Shown here one piece after another: positions 1 through 9,610 of a stretch of DNA of 64,000 bases (the first letter of the stretch is position 1; each line of letters opens with the position of its first letter). A program made the translations under genes and the position numbers. The notes beneath the pieces were generated by a model, which ran no database searches, was not told where the DNA came from, and saw only the letters and a program-made list of their open reading frames with translations. The stretch is from an archaeon. Its GTDB lineage: Archaea; Iainarchaeota; Iainarchaeia; Iainarchaeales; JAAZKV01. Location: assembly GCA_035355675.1 (NCBI GenBank), contig DAOQRN010000002.1, positions 1,986 through 65,985 of the forward strand, written 5' to 3'.

Positions 1-124
1 TAATTTCGTTTGTTAATTCATCAGGGGTTGCTTCGTTGTAATTCGTTTTTTCACTTTCAGTGCAACCAAAAAAAAGCAGGGCACTTAAAATGACTATTCC
101 AATTATTGCTATTTTTGTTTTCAT
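1..124 (-). CDS. Putative lipoprotein, runs off the window edge (not in ORF track)
   Basis: ATG at 124 directly after the stop of 125..1063; translates MKTKIAIIGIVILSALLFFGCTESEK..., a signal peptide with lipobox-like FFGC. Confidence 0.7.
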   Translation of the reverse strand, partial: MKTKIAIIGIVILSALLFFGCTESEKTNYNEATPDELTNEI

Positions 125-1063
125 TTATTCACCCTTTTTTCCAACTTGGTTAGATATTTCTTGAATTCTTTCTGAATTTTGTCCTAATTTATCAGATAAC
201 CCTTGTATTCTTTCTGCTCTTTTTTGGTATCCATTAGCATTTAAGTCGCTTGCCCTATTTTCTAACCAGTTACTTAGTCTTTCTATTCTTTGTGATTCCA
301 TTTGAAGAAATTTTTGAACCCCATTATTTTTTGCTTGTTGAATTAGTGCTTTTTCAGAAATAACTCTTTTATTTGTTTTTTCTTTAATTTCTGCATTAAC
401 TCTTTTTCTTTCTTGTATATTCATATCTATAAATTCTTGATGAATTCTATCTCTTACTTGTTGTTTTGTCATATTTCCGTCAATTATTCCTTGGATGAAT
501 TCTTCATCATTCACTCCAAGAATCTCTAACATGGTTTGTGTTCTTTCAGCGTTGTGTTGTCTTATTGCATTTATTGTTTTTTCTTTAATTGAGTTTAATT
601 CATTTAATTCTAATTCTTTTACTTCTTCATGAATTGTTTGTATATCTTCACTTGTTAGTATTTCTCTTGTTTGTTCTCTAAATTCTTGTGTTAGAGTTAT
701 TGCTTCTTTTTTTATTGCAACATAATCAGTTACAATTGTGTTAGCATCTTTTCCTTCAAACACATACTCTTTTACTTCTACAAGTAGTGCTTCAAGTTCG
801 TTAAGAGTGTTTTCGGATTTGTTTAAATCAAACTCTGGATGATTTTCTGTTATCACTTCTAATGTTTTTGCTCCAACTAAAATATTTCTAGTTATACTTT
901 TTTCAAGTTGTAGTAATCTTACTTCTGCTCCGTGCGGAGTAGCAAGTATTCCTACTTCTTCAAGAGTGTTCGCATCAATTATATTTTGATCCTCAGCAAA
1001 TACTCCTGGAAGTATTCCTATTACTAACAATAGTGCTAGTATTTCAAACATTTTTTTTATCAT
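125..1063 (-). CDS. Secreted alpha-helical hypothetical protein
   Basis: 312 aa, N-terminal signal peptide (..GVFA/ED), coiled-coil-like body, GGAGG RBS upstream. Confidence 0.75.
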   Translation of the reverse strand: MIKKMFEILALLLVIGILPGVFAEDQNIIDANTLEEVGILATPHGAEVRLLQLEKSITRNILVGAKTLEVITENHPEFDLNKSENTLNELEALLVEVKEYVFEGKDANTIVTDYVAIKKEAITLTQEFREQTREILTSEDIQTIHEEVKELELNELNSIKEKTINAIRQHNAERTQTMLEILGVNDEEFIQGIIDGNMTKQQVRDRIHQEFIDMNIQERKRVNAEIKEKTNKRVISEKALIQQAKNNGVQKFLQMESQRIERLSNWLENRASDLNANGYQKRAERIQGLSDKLGQNSERIQEISNQVGKKGE

Positions 1064-1110
1064 ATTAATTCCTCCGTTTGCTCATTTTTCAAGCATTCTA
1101 AAGTAATTAC

Positions 1111-1153
1111 TTCCGGAACAATTATTATATATTTTCCGGAAAAAGGCGGAACA
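1111..1153. promoter_or_regulatory. Palindromic TTCCGGAA boxes flanking a TATA-like element; candidate operator
   Basis: TTCCGGAA 1111-1118, TTTTCCGGAAAA 1132-1143, half-site CGGAACA 1147-1153; AT-rich TATA-like spacer between the first two. Confidence 0.55.
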
Positions 1154-1174
1154 AGTAGTTACAATTTTCAAAAA

Positions 1175-1911
1175 TTAGTCCTTTTGATTTTTTTCTTTTA
1201 TTTTTACAAGCATTGTCATTCCTTTTCTTTCTTTACTAATTATGTCTTTTTTTTCAAGAGAATTAAGGTTTCTTGAAAGTGCTGCTTTTGGGTAATTTAG
1301 TGTTTTTTGTAGTTCGCTTTGAGTAATTTTCCCATCATTTTTTTCTAATAGTTCCATTATTTTTAATTGTCTTTCAGTTAATGCATCTTTGTCATAAGTT
1401 ATTTTATTGTTGTTTTGCTTAGTTGAGTTTTTCTTATTTTTTATAATATAATAAATTCCAAAAATTACAATTATTATTCCAATAATTAAAATAAGTGTGT
1501 CCATAAAATTAATTCCGGTCTTGTTTCCATTAATTATATAATTTACTTTAACATTAATTGTTTTTCATTCCCAGTTCCAATTATTGTTATTTGTTCATTT
1601 GTTGTTTTTATTCTGTAATTTGAATTGGTTTCTATTTTTTCTATTTCAGTCCCAGTTGGTAATATTATTTCATATACATATTCAGAAAAAGTATCAGTAA
1701 TATTTATTTCAAATATCCATTTGGGTCCATTTTTTGTAGTTAATTCTTGAGTTGTTTTTGTTTCAAGTTGAGGGTGGTTTGTTGTTCCACTAATTATTGT
1801 TTCTCCGTTTTCATTTATTTGAAAAATTATGTCAGCATAATATTCACTAGCATTCGCTTGTGAGATTATTAAAAGAATTATTAAAACTAATAATATTATT
1901 TTATTTTTCAC
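1175..1911 (-). pseudogene. Membrane-anchored winged-helix regulator (COG2512-like) split by a 1-nt frameshift into ORFs 1543..1911 and 1175..1504
   Basis: Upstream ORF is signal peptide + extracellular domain; downstream ORF is TM helix + wHTH (LTERQLKIMELL..ITQSEL..KAALSRNLNSLEKK). One extra A in the A5 run at 1561-1565 fuses them with no stop. Confidence 0.7.
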
Positions 1912-2030
1912 ATAATATTTTTGTAAGTTTGTAATTAAATAAGTATTTGTTTGGTTTTATTTTTCTGGATTGTATAAGTTTTAAGTTTAGGTTTTTTATT
2001 TTTCTTTTTTTATTTGTTTTTAATTAAAAT

Positions 2031-3386
2031 TTATTTCAGTCTGAATTTTTTCATTGCCTTTTTTCCTTGCATTTGTTTGAACATGTCTCCTAGTCCTTTT
2101 TGTCCAAAGTTTTGTAGTGCTTTTTCGCTTTGCATTCCTTTGAATTTTTTAAACATTTTTTTCATTTGTTTGAATTGTTTTATTAGTTCTCTTACTTCTT
2201 CAACGTTTTTCCCGCTTCCTTTTGCGATTCTTTCTACTCTACTCCTACTCATTAGGTCTGGGTTTATTCTTTCTTGTTCTGTCATCGAGTCTATTATTAT
2301 TTTGAATCCGTCCATTTTTTCTTGTCCTGTTTCCATCATTTCTTTTGGTAGTTTCATTCCTAGTCCTAGCATATCAGCTACTTTATTTAGTGGTCCCATT
2401 TTTTTTGTAGCTTCTAATTGTTGATAGAATATTTTAAAATTTATTTCTCCTCTCATTATTGCTTCAGTGTCTAAGTTTTCCATTTCTGCTTCTTTTGCTT
2501 TTTCTAGTAGTCCTTCTAGGTCTCCATATCCCATTATTCTTGAGAGGTATCTGTTTGCATCAAATGCTTCAAATTCGTTTTGTTTTTCTCCTGTTGAAAT
2601 AAAGTATACGCTTGCCCCTGTTTCGTTGCATGCAACAAGTGCTCCTCCTCCTTTACTTGATCCATCCATTCTTGTAATTATTACTCCGTTCACTCCTACG
2701 GCTTTATGGAATGCTTGTGCTTGTTTTTTTGCGAGGTTTCCAATATCTGCCCCAATTACAAGCCATTTTTCTTCAGCGTTAAGGGCGGTGTCTATTTCTT
2801 GTATTTCACTAACTAGTTCTTCATCAAGTCCGCTTCTTCCTGCAGAGTCACAAATAATTATATCACATTTTTTTTCTAGTTCTTTTATTCCTTCTTTCAC
2901 TACTTTTCCAGCGTTTTGTTCTTTTTTTATTCCAAAAAATTCTGCTCCAGCAAGTTTTGCATTTGTTTCTAGTTGTTCGTATGCAGCAGGTCTAAATGTA
3001 TCAGCAGCAATTACTCCTACTTTGTGTCCTCTTTTTTTATAATAGTGTGCTAGTTTTCCTGCAGCTGTAGTTTTTCCTGACCCAAATAATCCACAAAGAA
3101 GTATTTTTTTTGGTTTTTCTGGAGCACTTTTTCCCCCCAAAATTTCTACAAGCGAATCATAAGTTACTTTAATTATGTATTCTCTTTGTGTTACTCCTTT
3201 TGGTGGCTCTTTGAATGCTCTTTCTTCAATTTTTTTACTAAGTGTTAGTACTGTTGTTACATCAACATTTGAAGCAATTAGTGCTCTTTGCATTTCTTTT
3301 ATAGCTTCTTTAACTACCTCTTTGTCAATTGCACCAGCATTTCCGATTTTGTCCATCGCTTTTCTAAGTGCTTCTCCAAGTCCCAT
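2031..3386 (-). CDS. srp54: Signal recognition particle protein SRP54
   Basis: GLFGSGKTT P-loop, DTFRPAAYEQL, DSAGR, Met-rich M domain with RIAKGSG; ATG at 3386 preferred. Confidence 0.97.
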   Translation of the reverse strand: MGLGEALRKAMDKIGNAGAIDKEVVKEAIKEMQRALIASNVDVTTVLTLSKKIEERAFKEPPKGVTQREYIIKVTYDSLVEILGGKSAPEKPKKILLCGLFGSGKTTAAGKLAHYYKKRGHKVGVIAADTFRPAAYEQLETNAKLAGAEFFGIKKEQNAGKVVKEGIKELEKKCDIIICDSAGRSGLDEELVSEIQEIDTALNAEEKWLVIGADIGNLAKKQAQAFHKAVGVNGVIITRMDGSSKGGGALVACNETGASVYFISTGEKQNEFEAFDANRYLSRIMGYGDLEGLLEKAKEAEMENLDTEAIMRGEINFKIFYQQLEATKKMGPLNKVADMLGLGMKLPKEMMETGQEKMDGFKIIIDSMTEQERINPDLMSRSRVERIAKGSGKNVEEVRELIKQFKQMKKMFKKFKGMQSEKALQNFGQKGLGDMFKQMQGKKAMKKFRLK

Positions 3387-3491
3387 ATTTATCAAGTATT
3401 TTTTGTAAGTTAATTGTTTTAAATGATTCTGAATTTGGTTTTTGAGAAGATTTTTAAACTAATAATCCTAAGTATTTACAGGTGATTAAGA

Positions 3492-4067
3492 GTGGATATA
3501 ATTATTTTATTATTAATTGGGTTTGTAGTAATAGTTGTTATTGGAATTTTATTTTTAGTTCTAACATACAATTCTCTTGTTACAGTTTCAAAACAAGTGG
3601 ATAATGCTTGGGCTCAAATTGATGTTCAATTAAAGAGAAGAGCTGACCTTATCCCTAATTTAGTTGAAACAGTTCAAGGTTATGCAAAGTTTGAAAAAAG
3701 TGTTTTAACTGAAGTTACAGAGGCTCGTGCGGCTTTAATGTCTGCAAAAGGTCCAAAAGATGCAGCAAAAGCTGATAACATGTTGACTGGTGCTTTAAAA
3801 TCAATTTTTGCGGTTTCAGAAGCGTATCCAACATTAAAAGCTAATGAGAATTTTAAAGCTCTTCAAGAAGAATTATCAAGTACTGAAAACAAAGTTGCTT
3901 TCGCAAGACAATTCTATAATGATATGGTTATGAAGTGGAATACAATGGTTGTAACTTTCCCTAATGTTGTGATTGCACCAATGTTTGGTTTAAGTAAGCA
4001 AAGAGAGTTCTTTGAAGCAACAGTTGAGGAAAGAAAATCAGTTAAAGTTGATTTTTCAGGAATGTAA
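3492..4067 (+). CDS. lemA: LemA family protein
   Basis: N-terminal TM, NAWAQIDVQLKRRADLIPNLVETV, YPTLKANENF, ARQFYND. Confidence 0.95.
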   Translation: MDIIILLLIGFVVIVVIGILFLVLTYNSLVTVSKQVDNAWAQIDVQLKRRADLIPNLVETVQGYAKFEKSVLTEVTEARAALMSAKGPKDAAKADNMLTGALKSIFAVSEAYPTLKANENFKALQEELSSTENKVAFARQFYNDMVMKWNTMVVTFPNVVIAPMFGLSKQREFFEATVEERKSVKVDFSGM

Positions 4068-4145
4068 ATTAGTTTTGAATTAATATAGTCTTTGAGCAAA
4101 AGCATAAGTGTGCTTTTGCTTTTTAATTTTTTTAGTTGTGATAAA

Positions 4146-5069
4146 ATGCCTATTAATTTTTATGAACAAATTTCTTCAAACAAGAAAAAAACTTATCTCC
4201 TTTTTTTAGCATTTTTTCTTTTAGTTGGAATTCTTGCCGCATTAGTGTCTTATGTTCTTGGTGGATTTTCAATTATTGGCGGATTTTTTTTAACAATTTT
4301 TGGGATATTAATAATTTTTTTCGCTTTAATATCATATTATACTTGTGATAGTATTGTTACTTTCATTTCCGGTGCTAAAGAAGCGAATAAAGAAAAGTAC
4401 AAGCAATTAATTAATGTTGTTGAAGAGATGAGTATTGCTTCTGGCCTTCCCCTGCCTAAAGTTTTTGTAATTGAAGATACGGCAATTAATGCTTTTGCAA
4501 CAGGAAGGGACCCTGAACATTCAGTAATTTGTGTGACAACAGGTTGTTTGACTAGATTAAATAGAGAACAACTTCAAGGAGTAATTGCTCATGAATTATC
4601 CCACATAAAAAATTATGATATTAGAACTATGACTATTGCTACAGTTCTTGTTGGGGTTTCAGTTTTGTTATCAGATTTCTTTTTACGAGTTGCTTTTGCT
4701 GGGTTTAGGGGGAATTCTAACTCTAATAATAAAATGGATATTTTTATTTTAATTTTTGGAGTAATCCTTGCTCTTTTAACTCCATTTATTGCTGAATTAA
4801 TTAAATTATCAATTTCTCGTAAGAGAGAATTTTTAGCAGACGCTTCCGCAGTAGAGTTAACTAGAAACCCTGAAGGGTTAGCTAGCGCTCTTGAAGTAAT
4901 TTCAAAAGACACAGAACCTCTTGAAGCCGCAAATAAAGCAACAGCACACCTCTACATTTCTGATCCTCTAAAAAACACTAAAGGAATGTGGTTCGCAAAC
5001 ATGTTTAATACACACCCACCAATTAATGAAAGAATAGCAACACTAAGAGGACAAGTACAATCTAATTAG
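4146..5069 (+). CDS. htpX: HtpX-like M48 zinc metalloprotease
   Basis: NAFATGR, HELSH, SRKREFLADA, THPP; follows lemA; ATG at 4146 preferred. Confidence 0.93.
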   Translation: MPINFYEQISSNKKKTYLLFLAFFLLVGILAALVSYVLGGFSIIGGFFLTIFGILIIFFALISYYTCDSIVTFISGAKEANKEKYKQLINVVEEMSIASGLPLPKVFVIEDTAINAFATGRDPEHSVICVTTGCLTRLNREQLQGVIAHELSHIKNYDIRTMTIATVLVGVSVLLSDFFLRVAFAGFRGNSNSNNKMDIFILIFGVILALLTPFIAELIKLSISRKREFLADASAVELTRNPEGLASALEVISKDTEPLEAANKATAHLYISDPLKNTKGMWFANMFNTHPPINERIATLRGQVQSN

Positions 5070-5112
5070 TTTGAATTGTTTTTTTATTTTTTTTTAAATT
5101 AATTTCTTTAAA

Positions 5113-6807
5113 TTAAATTATTCTATTTATTATGTATTCTTCACTGAATTTTTCAAAGTCTTTGTATTCTTGTCCTGTCCCAATATAAAGAATTGGTTTT
5201 TTTAATTTGTATAAAAGGGAGATTGTTGTTCCCCCTTTAGCATCTGTATCTATTTTTGTTAAAATAAATCCATCTATTCCGATTGCTTCGTCAAATTCTT
5301 TTGCTTGATCAAGTAGTCCTTGTCCTGCGTAAGCTTCTCCTACGTATAGTTTTAGATCGGGTTTTGTTACTCTTTCTATTTTTCGTAGTTCTTCCATCAA
5401 GTTTTTGTTTGTTTCTTGTCTTCCTGCTGAATCCATTAGTACTACCTCTATTCCGCTTGCTTCTGCTGCTTTTATTGCATCAAATGCTACTGCTGCAGGG
5501 TCTGCTCCGTATTGGTGTTTTATTACTCGAACTCCAAGTCTTCTTCCGTGTTCTTCTAGTTGGTCAATTGCTGCTGCTCTAAAAGTGTCTCCTGCTGCCC
5601 AAATACTTTTTAGTTTATTTTTTTCAAGCATATAACTTAGTTTTCCTAGACTTGTTGTTTTTCCTGCTCCATTTGGTCCAAGTAGGAGTATTTTGTATGG
5701 TTTTTCTTTTTTGTTTTTAATTTCACTTAATAAATCAATTTTTTCTGTTATCATCATTTCTTTTAGTATTTCTTTTATTTGTTCGTTTAAGAATTCATCA
5801 ATATTTTTTGTGTTAACTTTTTGTCCTAATAATCTTTTCTTGATTTGTTCCACTAGTTCGTGTGCTGCGTCTTGCTCTACATCACTTTCAAGTAAACTTA
5901 GTTCTAGTTCCCATAAAAGATCACTTATTTCACTCTCTTTTATTTCTACTCCTCCAAAAATTAGTCCTGAGAGTTTTCCCCCCACTCCAACTTTTGCTTT
6001 AAGTTCTCGTTTATCTTCGCTTGCACTTTTAATATCAAAATCTTTTAGTGATTCTCTTTTTTCTTCCATTCTTTGTTCTTGTTCACTAATTTCTTCCCCT
6101 ATCTCTTCAACTTCTTCTTCCTCTTCTATGAGTTGTTCTTCAATTTCTTTGATTTCTTTTTTTTCTTCAGGTTTTAGTACAACATTTTCTTTAATTTCTT
6201 CAAGAGTTTCAATTTTTTCTTTTTTAGTTAGAACTTTTTCTTCTTTTATTTCTTTTAAGTGTTCTTTTTGTTTTTCTTCTAATTTTTTTGTTTCTTGAAT
6301 TTCTTTTTCAATTATTTTTTCTTGCGATATAGTTTTTTCTTCTTTTTTTCCAAAAGAAAATATTTTTTGGAGTATTCCTTTCTTTTCTTCTTTTTTAGTT
6401 TCAATTATAGGTTTTTTTTGTATTTCTTTTTCTTTAATAATTATTTTTTTTGTTTCTGGTTCTTTTGTTTGTTCTTTCTCAATTTTTTTTTCAATAATTT
6501 TATATTGTTTCATTTCTTTTGTGTCTTCTTGTTTTATTTCTTCTTCAATTTCCTTTAACAGTTTTTTTTCCATTTCTTGTGCTTGTTCTTCTTTTGTTTT
6601 CTTTTTTTCTTTTAAGTGTTCTTTTTTGCTTTCTAGATTTTTGTGTTCAGTTTTTGAAGTGATTTTTTCTTTTTGCTCTTTTTTTTCTTCGGGCATTTTT
6701 TTTGTTTCTTTATTTTTTTGTGTTGGTTCTTTTTCTTCTTTTTTAGAAATAGTTTTTTTTAATTTTTCACTAAAATTATTTAGTTTTTCTTTTAAGAATC
6801 CAAACAT
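5113..6807 (-). CDS. ftsY: SRP receptor FtsY with long K/E-rich N-terminal region
   Basis: GPNGAGKTT, DTFRAAAIDQL, DSAGR, TKIDTDAKGG. Confidence 0.96.
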   Translation of the reverse strand: MFGFLKEKLNNFSEKLKKTISKKEEKEPTQKNKETKKMPEEKKEQKEKITSKTEHKNLESKKEHLKEKKKTKEEQAQEMEKKLLKEIEEEIKQEDTKEMKQYKIIEKKIEKEQTKEPETKKIIIKEKEIQKKPIIETKKEEKKGILQKIFSFGKKEEKTISQEKIIEKEIQETKKLEEKQKEHLKEIKEEKVLTKKEKIETLEEIKENVVLKPEEKKEIKEIEEQLIEEEEEVEEIGEEISEQEQRMEEKRESLKDFDIKSASEDKRELKAKVGVGGKLSGLIFGGVEIKESEISDLLWELELSLLESDVEQDAAHELVEQIKKRLLGQKVNTKNIDEFLNEQIKEILKEMMITEKIDLLSEIKNKKEKPYKILLLGPNGAGKTTSLGKLSYMLEKNKLKSIWAAGDTFRAAAIDQLEEHGRRLGVRVIKHQYGADPAAVAFDAIKAAEASGIEVVLMDSAGRQETNKNLMEELRKIERVTKPDLKLYVGEAYAGQGLLDQAKEFDEAIGIDGFILTKIDTDAKGGTTISLLYKLKKPILYIGTGQEYKDFEKFSEEYIINRII

Positions 6808-6877
6808 TGTTTCTCACTTATTAAGTAGTGTTGGCTTAGTTTTATTAATTGTTTTTAGTGGTGGATTTTTTTGTGAT

Positions 6878-7315
6878 TTATTGTTTTGTTGCTTTACTAA
6901 AGTTTTTTCTTTTTTCATTTTGTAACTGTTGAATAATACTAACTATTTGTGATAATCTTTGTTCCACTTTAATTAAATCGTTGTTAACTTTTTGTGCTTG
7001 TTTTTCTAAATCTTCTTTTCTTTTTTCAAGCATTTTTATTGTTTCCTCAATATTTTCATCAATGTATCCGTCTTCTGCAAAACTTTTTTTACAAATGTTT
7101 GTTTTTATTTCACTTTCAATGAATATTCCTGCCCCTAATTTTACTAAATAGGTTCCTTTTTGTTTTTTTATTTCTTTTAGTGCTTCCATTGCCCCATTTG
7201 TTTCTTTTATCACTTCTGTTATTTTTATTAGTGTTTGTTGTCTGTTGTTTAGTTGTTTTTCTTCTTGTTGAGCCATTTGTATTAATTGTTGTTCAGTTAA
7301 GTGGTGTTCAGTCAC
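6878..7315 (-). CDS. pfdA: Prefoldin alpha subunit
   Basis: Coiled coil-beta hairpin (LVKLGAGIFIE)-coiled coil; conserved position between rplX and ftsY. Confidence 0.85.
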   Translation of the reverse strand: MTEHHLTEQQLIQMAQQEEKQLNNRQQTLIKITEVIKETNGAMEALKEIKKQKGTYLVKLGAGIFIESEIKTNICKKSFAEDGYIDENIEETIKMLEKRKEDLEKQAQKVNNDLIKVEQRLSQIVSIIQQLQNEKRKNFSKATKQ

Positions 7316-7500
7316 TTAATCACCTTTATTTCATCAACACTCATATGTGCTCTTAGTATTCTTTGTTTTCCCCCAATTAGAGAGTATGCTTTTTCTTTTG
7401 CTAGTTTTTCACTTGTTGCTTCTATTGTTTTTGTATATTTTTCCTTAACTCTACTTTTAGTATATGTTCCTTTTACTTCATACATAGTCATTTTTCTCAC
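7312..7500 (-). CDS. rpl18a: Ribosomal protein LX (L18Ae/eL20)
   Basis: YEVKG..AKEKAYSLIGGKQRILR pattern and synteny. Confidence 0.88.
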   Translation of the reverse strand: MRKMTMYEVKGTYTKSRVKEKYTKTIEATSEKLAKEKAYSLIGGKQRILRAHMSVDEIKVIK

Positions 7501-7534
7501 CTTTTTCTAAAATTAATTGTGGTTGGTTCTTTAT

Positions 7535-8194
7535 TTATTCTTTTTGTTCTAGTGCTTCATCAATTCTGTTTAGTTCAAACCCTGTGGTGTTTTCTCCTGC
7601 AACAAATCCTTTGGTGTTTGCAAGAATAGAATTTCTTATTAAATTGTCCCCAGTATTTGCGGTTGATGATCCGCCTTTAATTTTTAAAGTTTCTTCAATT
7701 TGAGTTATTTCTTCTTCTGTTGCATTTGGACTTACTACAAATCCTTTGTTTGTTAAAAGTATTGCTGATCCTATTGCATCAGTTCTTGCTAGATTCATTT
7801 GAGTTACTTTTAGATTTTCTTTTTCTAGTTCTTCCACAATATTTTTTTGAGCAGTTTTTGAAATTATTGCACCATTATCGTTTAGTTCAATTAGGTTCCC
7901 TATTGCTTGTTCTGTTTTTATTATTTTTACTTTTATTTCTTTTTCTATTTTTTCTATTTCTTTTTGGCTAGCAAAATTTGGTATTACACAGAATTTGTTA
8001 TTCATTTTTGCAAAAACTGATAATAATTCACTACTATACAGGTTTGTTGTTTCTACTTTTACATCAAGTGTTTTTTCAATTAGTTTTTTTGCTTTTTCTT
8101 CAATTCTTTCAGGTAAAAAGCATAAATTATCATTTGTTATTCCAAATAACCCTATGTAGTTTGACCCTAAAACTTTTGTTTTTGCTGCATCCAT
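7535..8194 (-). CDS. eif6: Translation initiation factor 6 (aIF6)
   Basis: GSNYIGLF, IGNLI..ND.GA, TTGFELNRIDEAL. Confidence 0.93.
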   Translation of the reverse strand: MDAAKTKVLGSNYIGLFGITNDNLCFLPERIEEKAKKLIEKTLDVKVETTNLYSSELLSVFAKMNNKFCVIPNFASQKEIEKIEKEIKVKIIKTEQAIGNLIELNDNGAIISKTAQKNIVEELEKENLKVTQMNLARTDAIGSAILLTNKGFVVSPNATEEEITQIEETLKIKGGSSTANTGDNLIRNSILANTKGFVAGENTTGFELNRIDEALEQKE

Positions 8195-8218
8195 ATTTTT
8201 TCACTTATAAAAATAGTT

Positions 8219-8250
8219 TCTCTCTCAAAAGAATTATCTTTTGAGGGAGA
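8219..8250 (-). terminator. Stem-loop between rpl31e and eif6
   Basis: TCTCTCTCAAAAGA-ATTA-TCTTTTGAGGGAGA inverted repeat (1 mismatch), short T tract after it on the minus strand. Confidence 0.5.
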
Positions 8251-8261
8251 GTTAAATCAAA

Positions 8262-8654
8262 TTATTTCTTTTCTTCTGTGTTTTGTTTTTTTTCTTCATT
8301 TTTTGGTTTTTCTGTTTCTTTTTTTGCTTCTTCCTTTGTTGCTTTGTTTTCAGTTTTTGTTTCTTTTTTGTTTTCCACTTTCTTTTCAACTATTTTTTCA
8401 TCAGGTAAGTAAACTCTTGCTGTATCTTTTTCTGCAATTATTTTTACTGTAATTTTTCTTGGGCAATTGAACAATCCTCTTCCCCATAATGTTTCATTTA
8501 CCCCATTACTGATTTTTATTTTTTCTATTCTTGTTTCTTTTGTTATTGCTTGTTTTAGAAAGTGTTGTGCTGATTTTGCTCTTTTTGTTTTTGGTTTACT
8601 AAATGTTTTTATTAAATTTACCGTAATTATTTTTTCTTTAAATTCTTTAGCCAT
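8262..8654 (-). CDS. rpl31e: Ribosomal protein L31e with charged C-terminal tail
   Basis: ITVNL..KRAKSA..VNETLWGRG..PRKITVK. Confidence 0.92.
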   Translation of the reverse strand: MAKEFKEKIITVNLIKTFSKPKTKRAKSAQHFLKQAITKETRIEKIKISNGVNETLWGRGLFNCPRKITVKIIAEKDTARVYLPDEKIVEKKVENKKETKTENKATKEEAKKETEKPKNEEKKQNTEEKK

Positions 8655-8667
8655 TTTTCTTCAACCC

Positions 8668-8910
8668 CTATTTCTTTTTCCACTTTCCGTGGCTTCCTTT
8701 TTTTATTGTAACTTTTGCTTGTTTTCTTTCGTGTTTGTTAAACCTTGTTTTGATATCAATGTTTTTCCAAGTTCTTTTTTGTCTTGAATTCCAGATTCTT
8801 TTCCCCGCTTTTTGCATTACCCATACTGGTGCGTTAGTTAATCCTGAACCTACTTTTTTTCGTTCACTTATTTGAAATTCCTTGAATTCTTTGTCTTTGT
8901 GTTTTGCCAT
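8668..8910 (-). CDS. rpl39e: Ribosomal protein L39e, divergent and extended
   Basis: APVWVMQK..RTWK core; position upstream of rpl31e. Confidence 0.8.
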   Translation of the reverse strand: MAKHKDKEFKEFQISERKKVGSGLTNAPVWVMQKAGKRIWNSRQKRTWKNIDIKTRFNKHERKQAKVTIKKGSHGKWKKK

Positions 8911-9473
8911 TATTGATCACCTTCTTTCTTTTGAGGTTTTTTTGATTGTTCTTTTTTATTATCTTTTTTTTGTTCTTGTCCTTTTAGTGCATCATGCACT
9001 TCTTTTTTCTTTTTATCATCAATGTCATGTTTTTTCTCTTTTTTATTATATTTTCCTGCTTCAATATTTTTCACAGCAAGTTTACTTGATTCGTTTAATA
9101 ATTTGAATCCTTTTACAGTAATTTTTCTTCCTTTTGGTTTTGCTTTTTCTAAGTATCCTGCTTTTTCTAGTGCTTGTACTGCAGATCTAATAACTTTTCC
9201 ACTTGCTTTGTAGTGGTGTTCTCTTTTTACTCCTCTATTTTTTCTTCCACCATAATAAGATCTTAATTCTTCAGTTCCAATTGTCCCTAATTTATATGCT
9301 CTGTAAAGTATACTTCCCATTCTAACATAAAACCAGTCTTCTCTTTGTGGTGCACGTTCTGTGTGAACCCCGGTTTTTACGTATGGAACAAATTCTGGTT
9401 GTTGTATTTCTGTTTTTAGTTTTTCTGCAACTTCTTCAATCGTGTAGTTTGCAGGTACATCATATATTCCCAT
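8910..9473 (-). CDS. rps19e: Ribosomal protein S19e
   Basis: VKTGVHTERAP..DWFYVR, YGGRKNRG, SGKVIRSAVQALEKAG. Confidence 0.96.
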   Translation of the reverse strand: MGIYDVPANYTIEEVAEKLKTEIQQPEFVPYVKTGVHTERAPQREDWFYVRMGSILYRAYKLGTIGTEELRSYYGGRKNRGVKREHHYKASGKVIRSAVQALEKAGYLEKAKPKGRKITVKGFKLLNESSKLAVKNIEAGKYNKKEKKHDIDDKKKKEVHDALKGQEQKKDNKKEQSKKPQKKEGDQ

Positions 9474-9576
9474 TTTTTTTCACCTTTTGACATTTCAGTC
9501 ATAATTTGCTTAATCCCAAATTTTTGGGAAAGCTAACAGACCTAATACAAAAATACCCTAAAAAAAGGTTTATAAA
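9474..9576 (-). promoter_or_regulatory. Promoter (TTTATAAA) and structured 5' leader of the rps19e operon
   Basis: TATA at 9569-9576; nested stems GGTC/GACT, GCTT/AAGC, TCCCAAA/TTTGGGA; AGGTGA RBS before ATG. Confidence 0.5.
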
Positions 9577-9610
9577 TGTGGGGTTTTTAACAAAATCTTA
9601 GTAATTTAAT

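Noticed and set aside
6000..6780. Apparent tandem repeats in ftsY
   Set aside because: K/E low-complexity coding sequence, not a discrete repeat array.
2014..6925. Long antisense ORFs opposite srp54 and ftsY (and similar ones opposite dnaG, rad50, the ATPases and thrS)
   Set aside because: F/S/L-rich shadow frames of real genes caused by codon bias.
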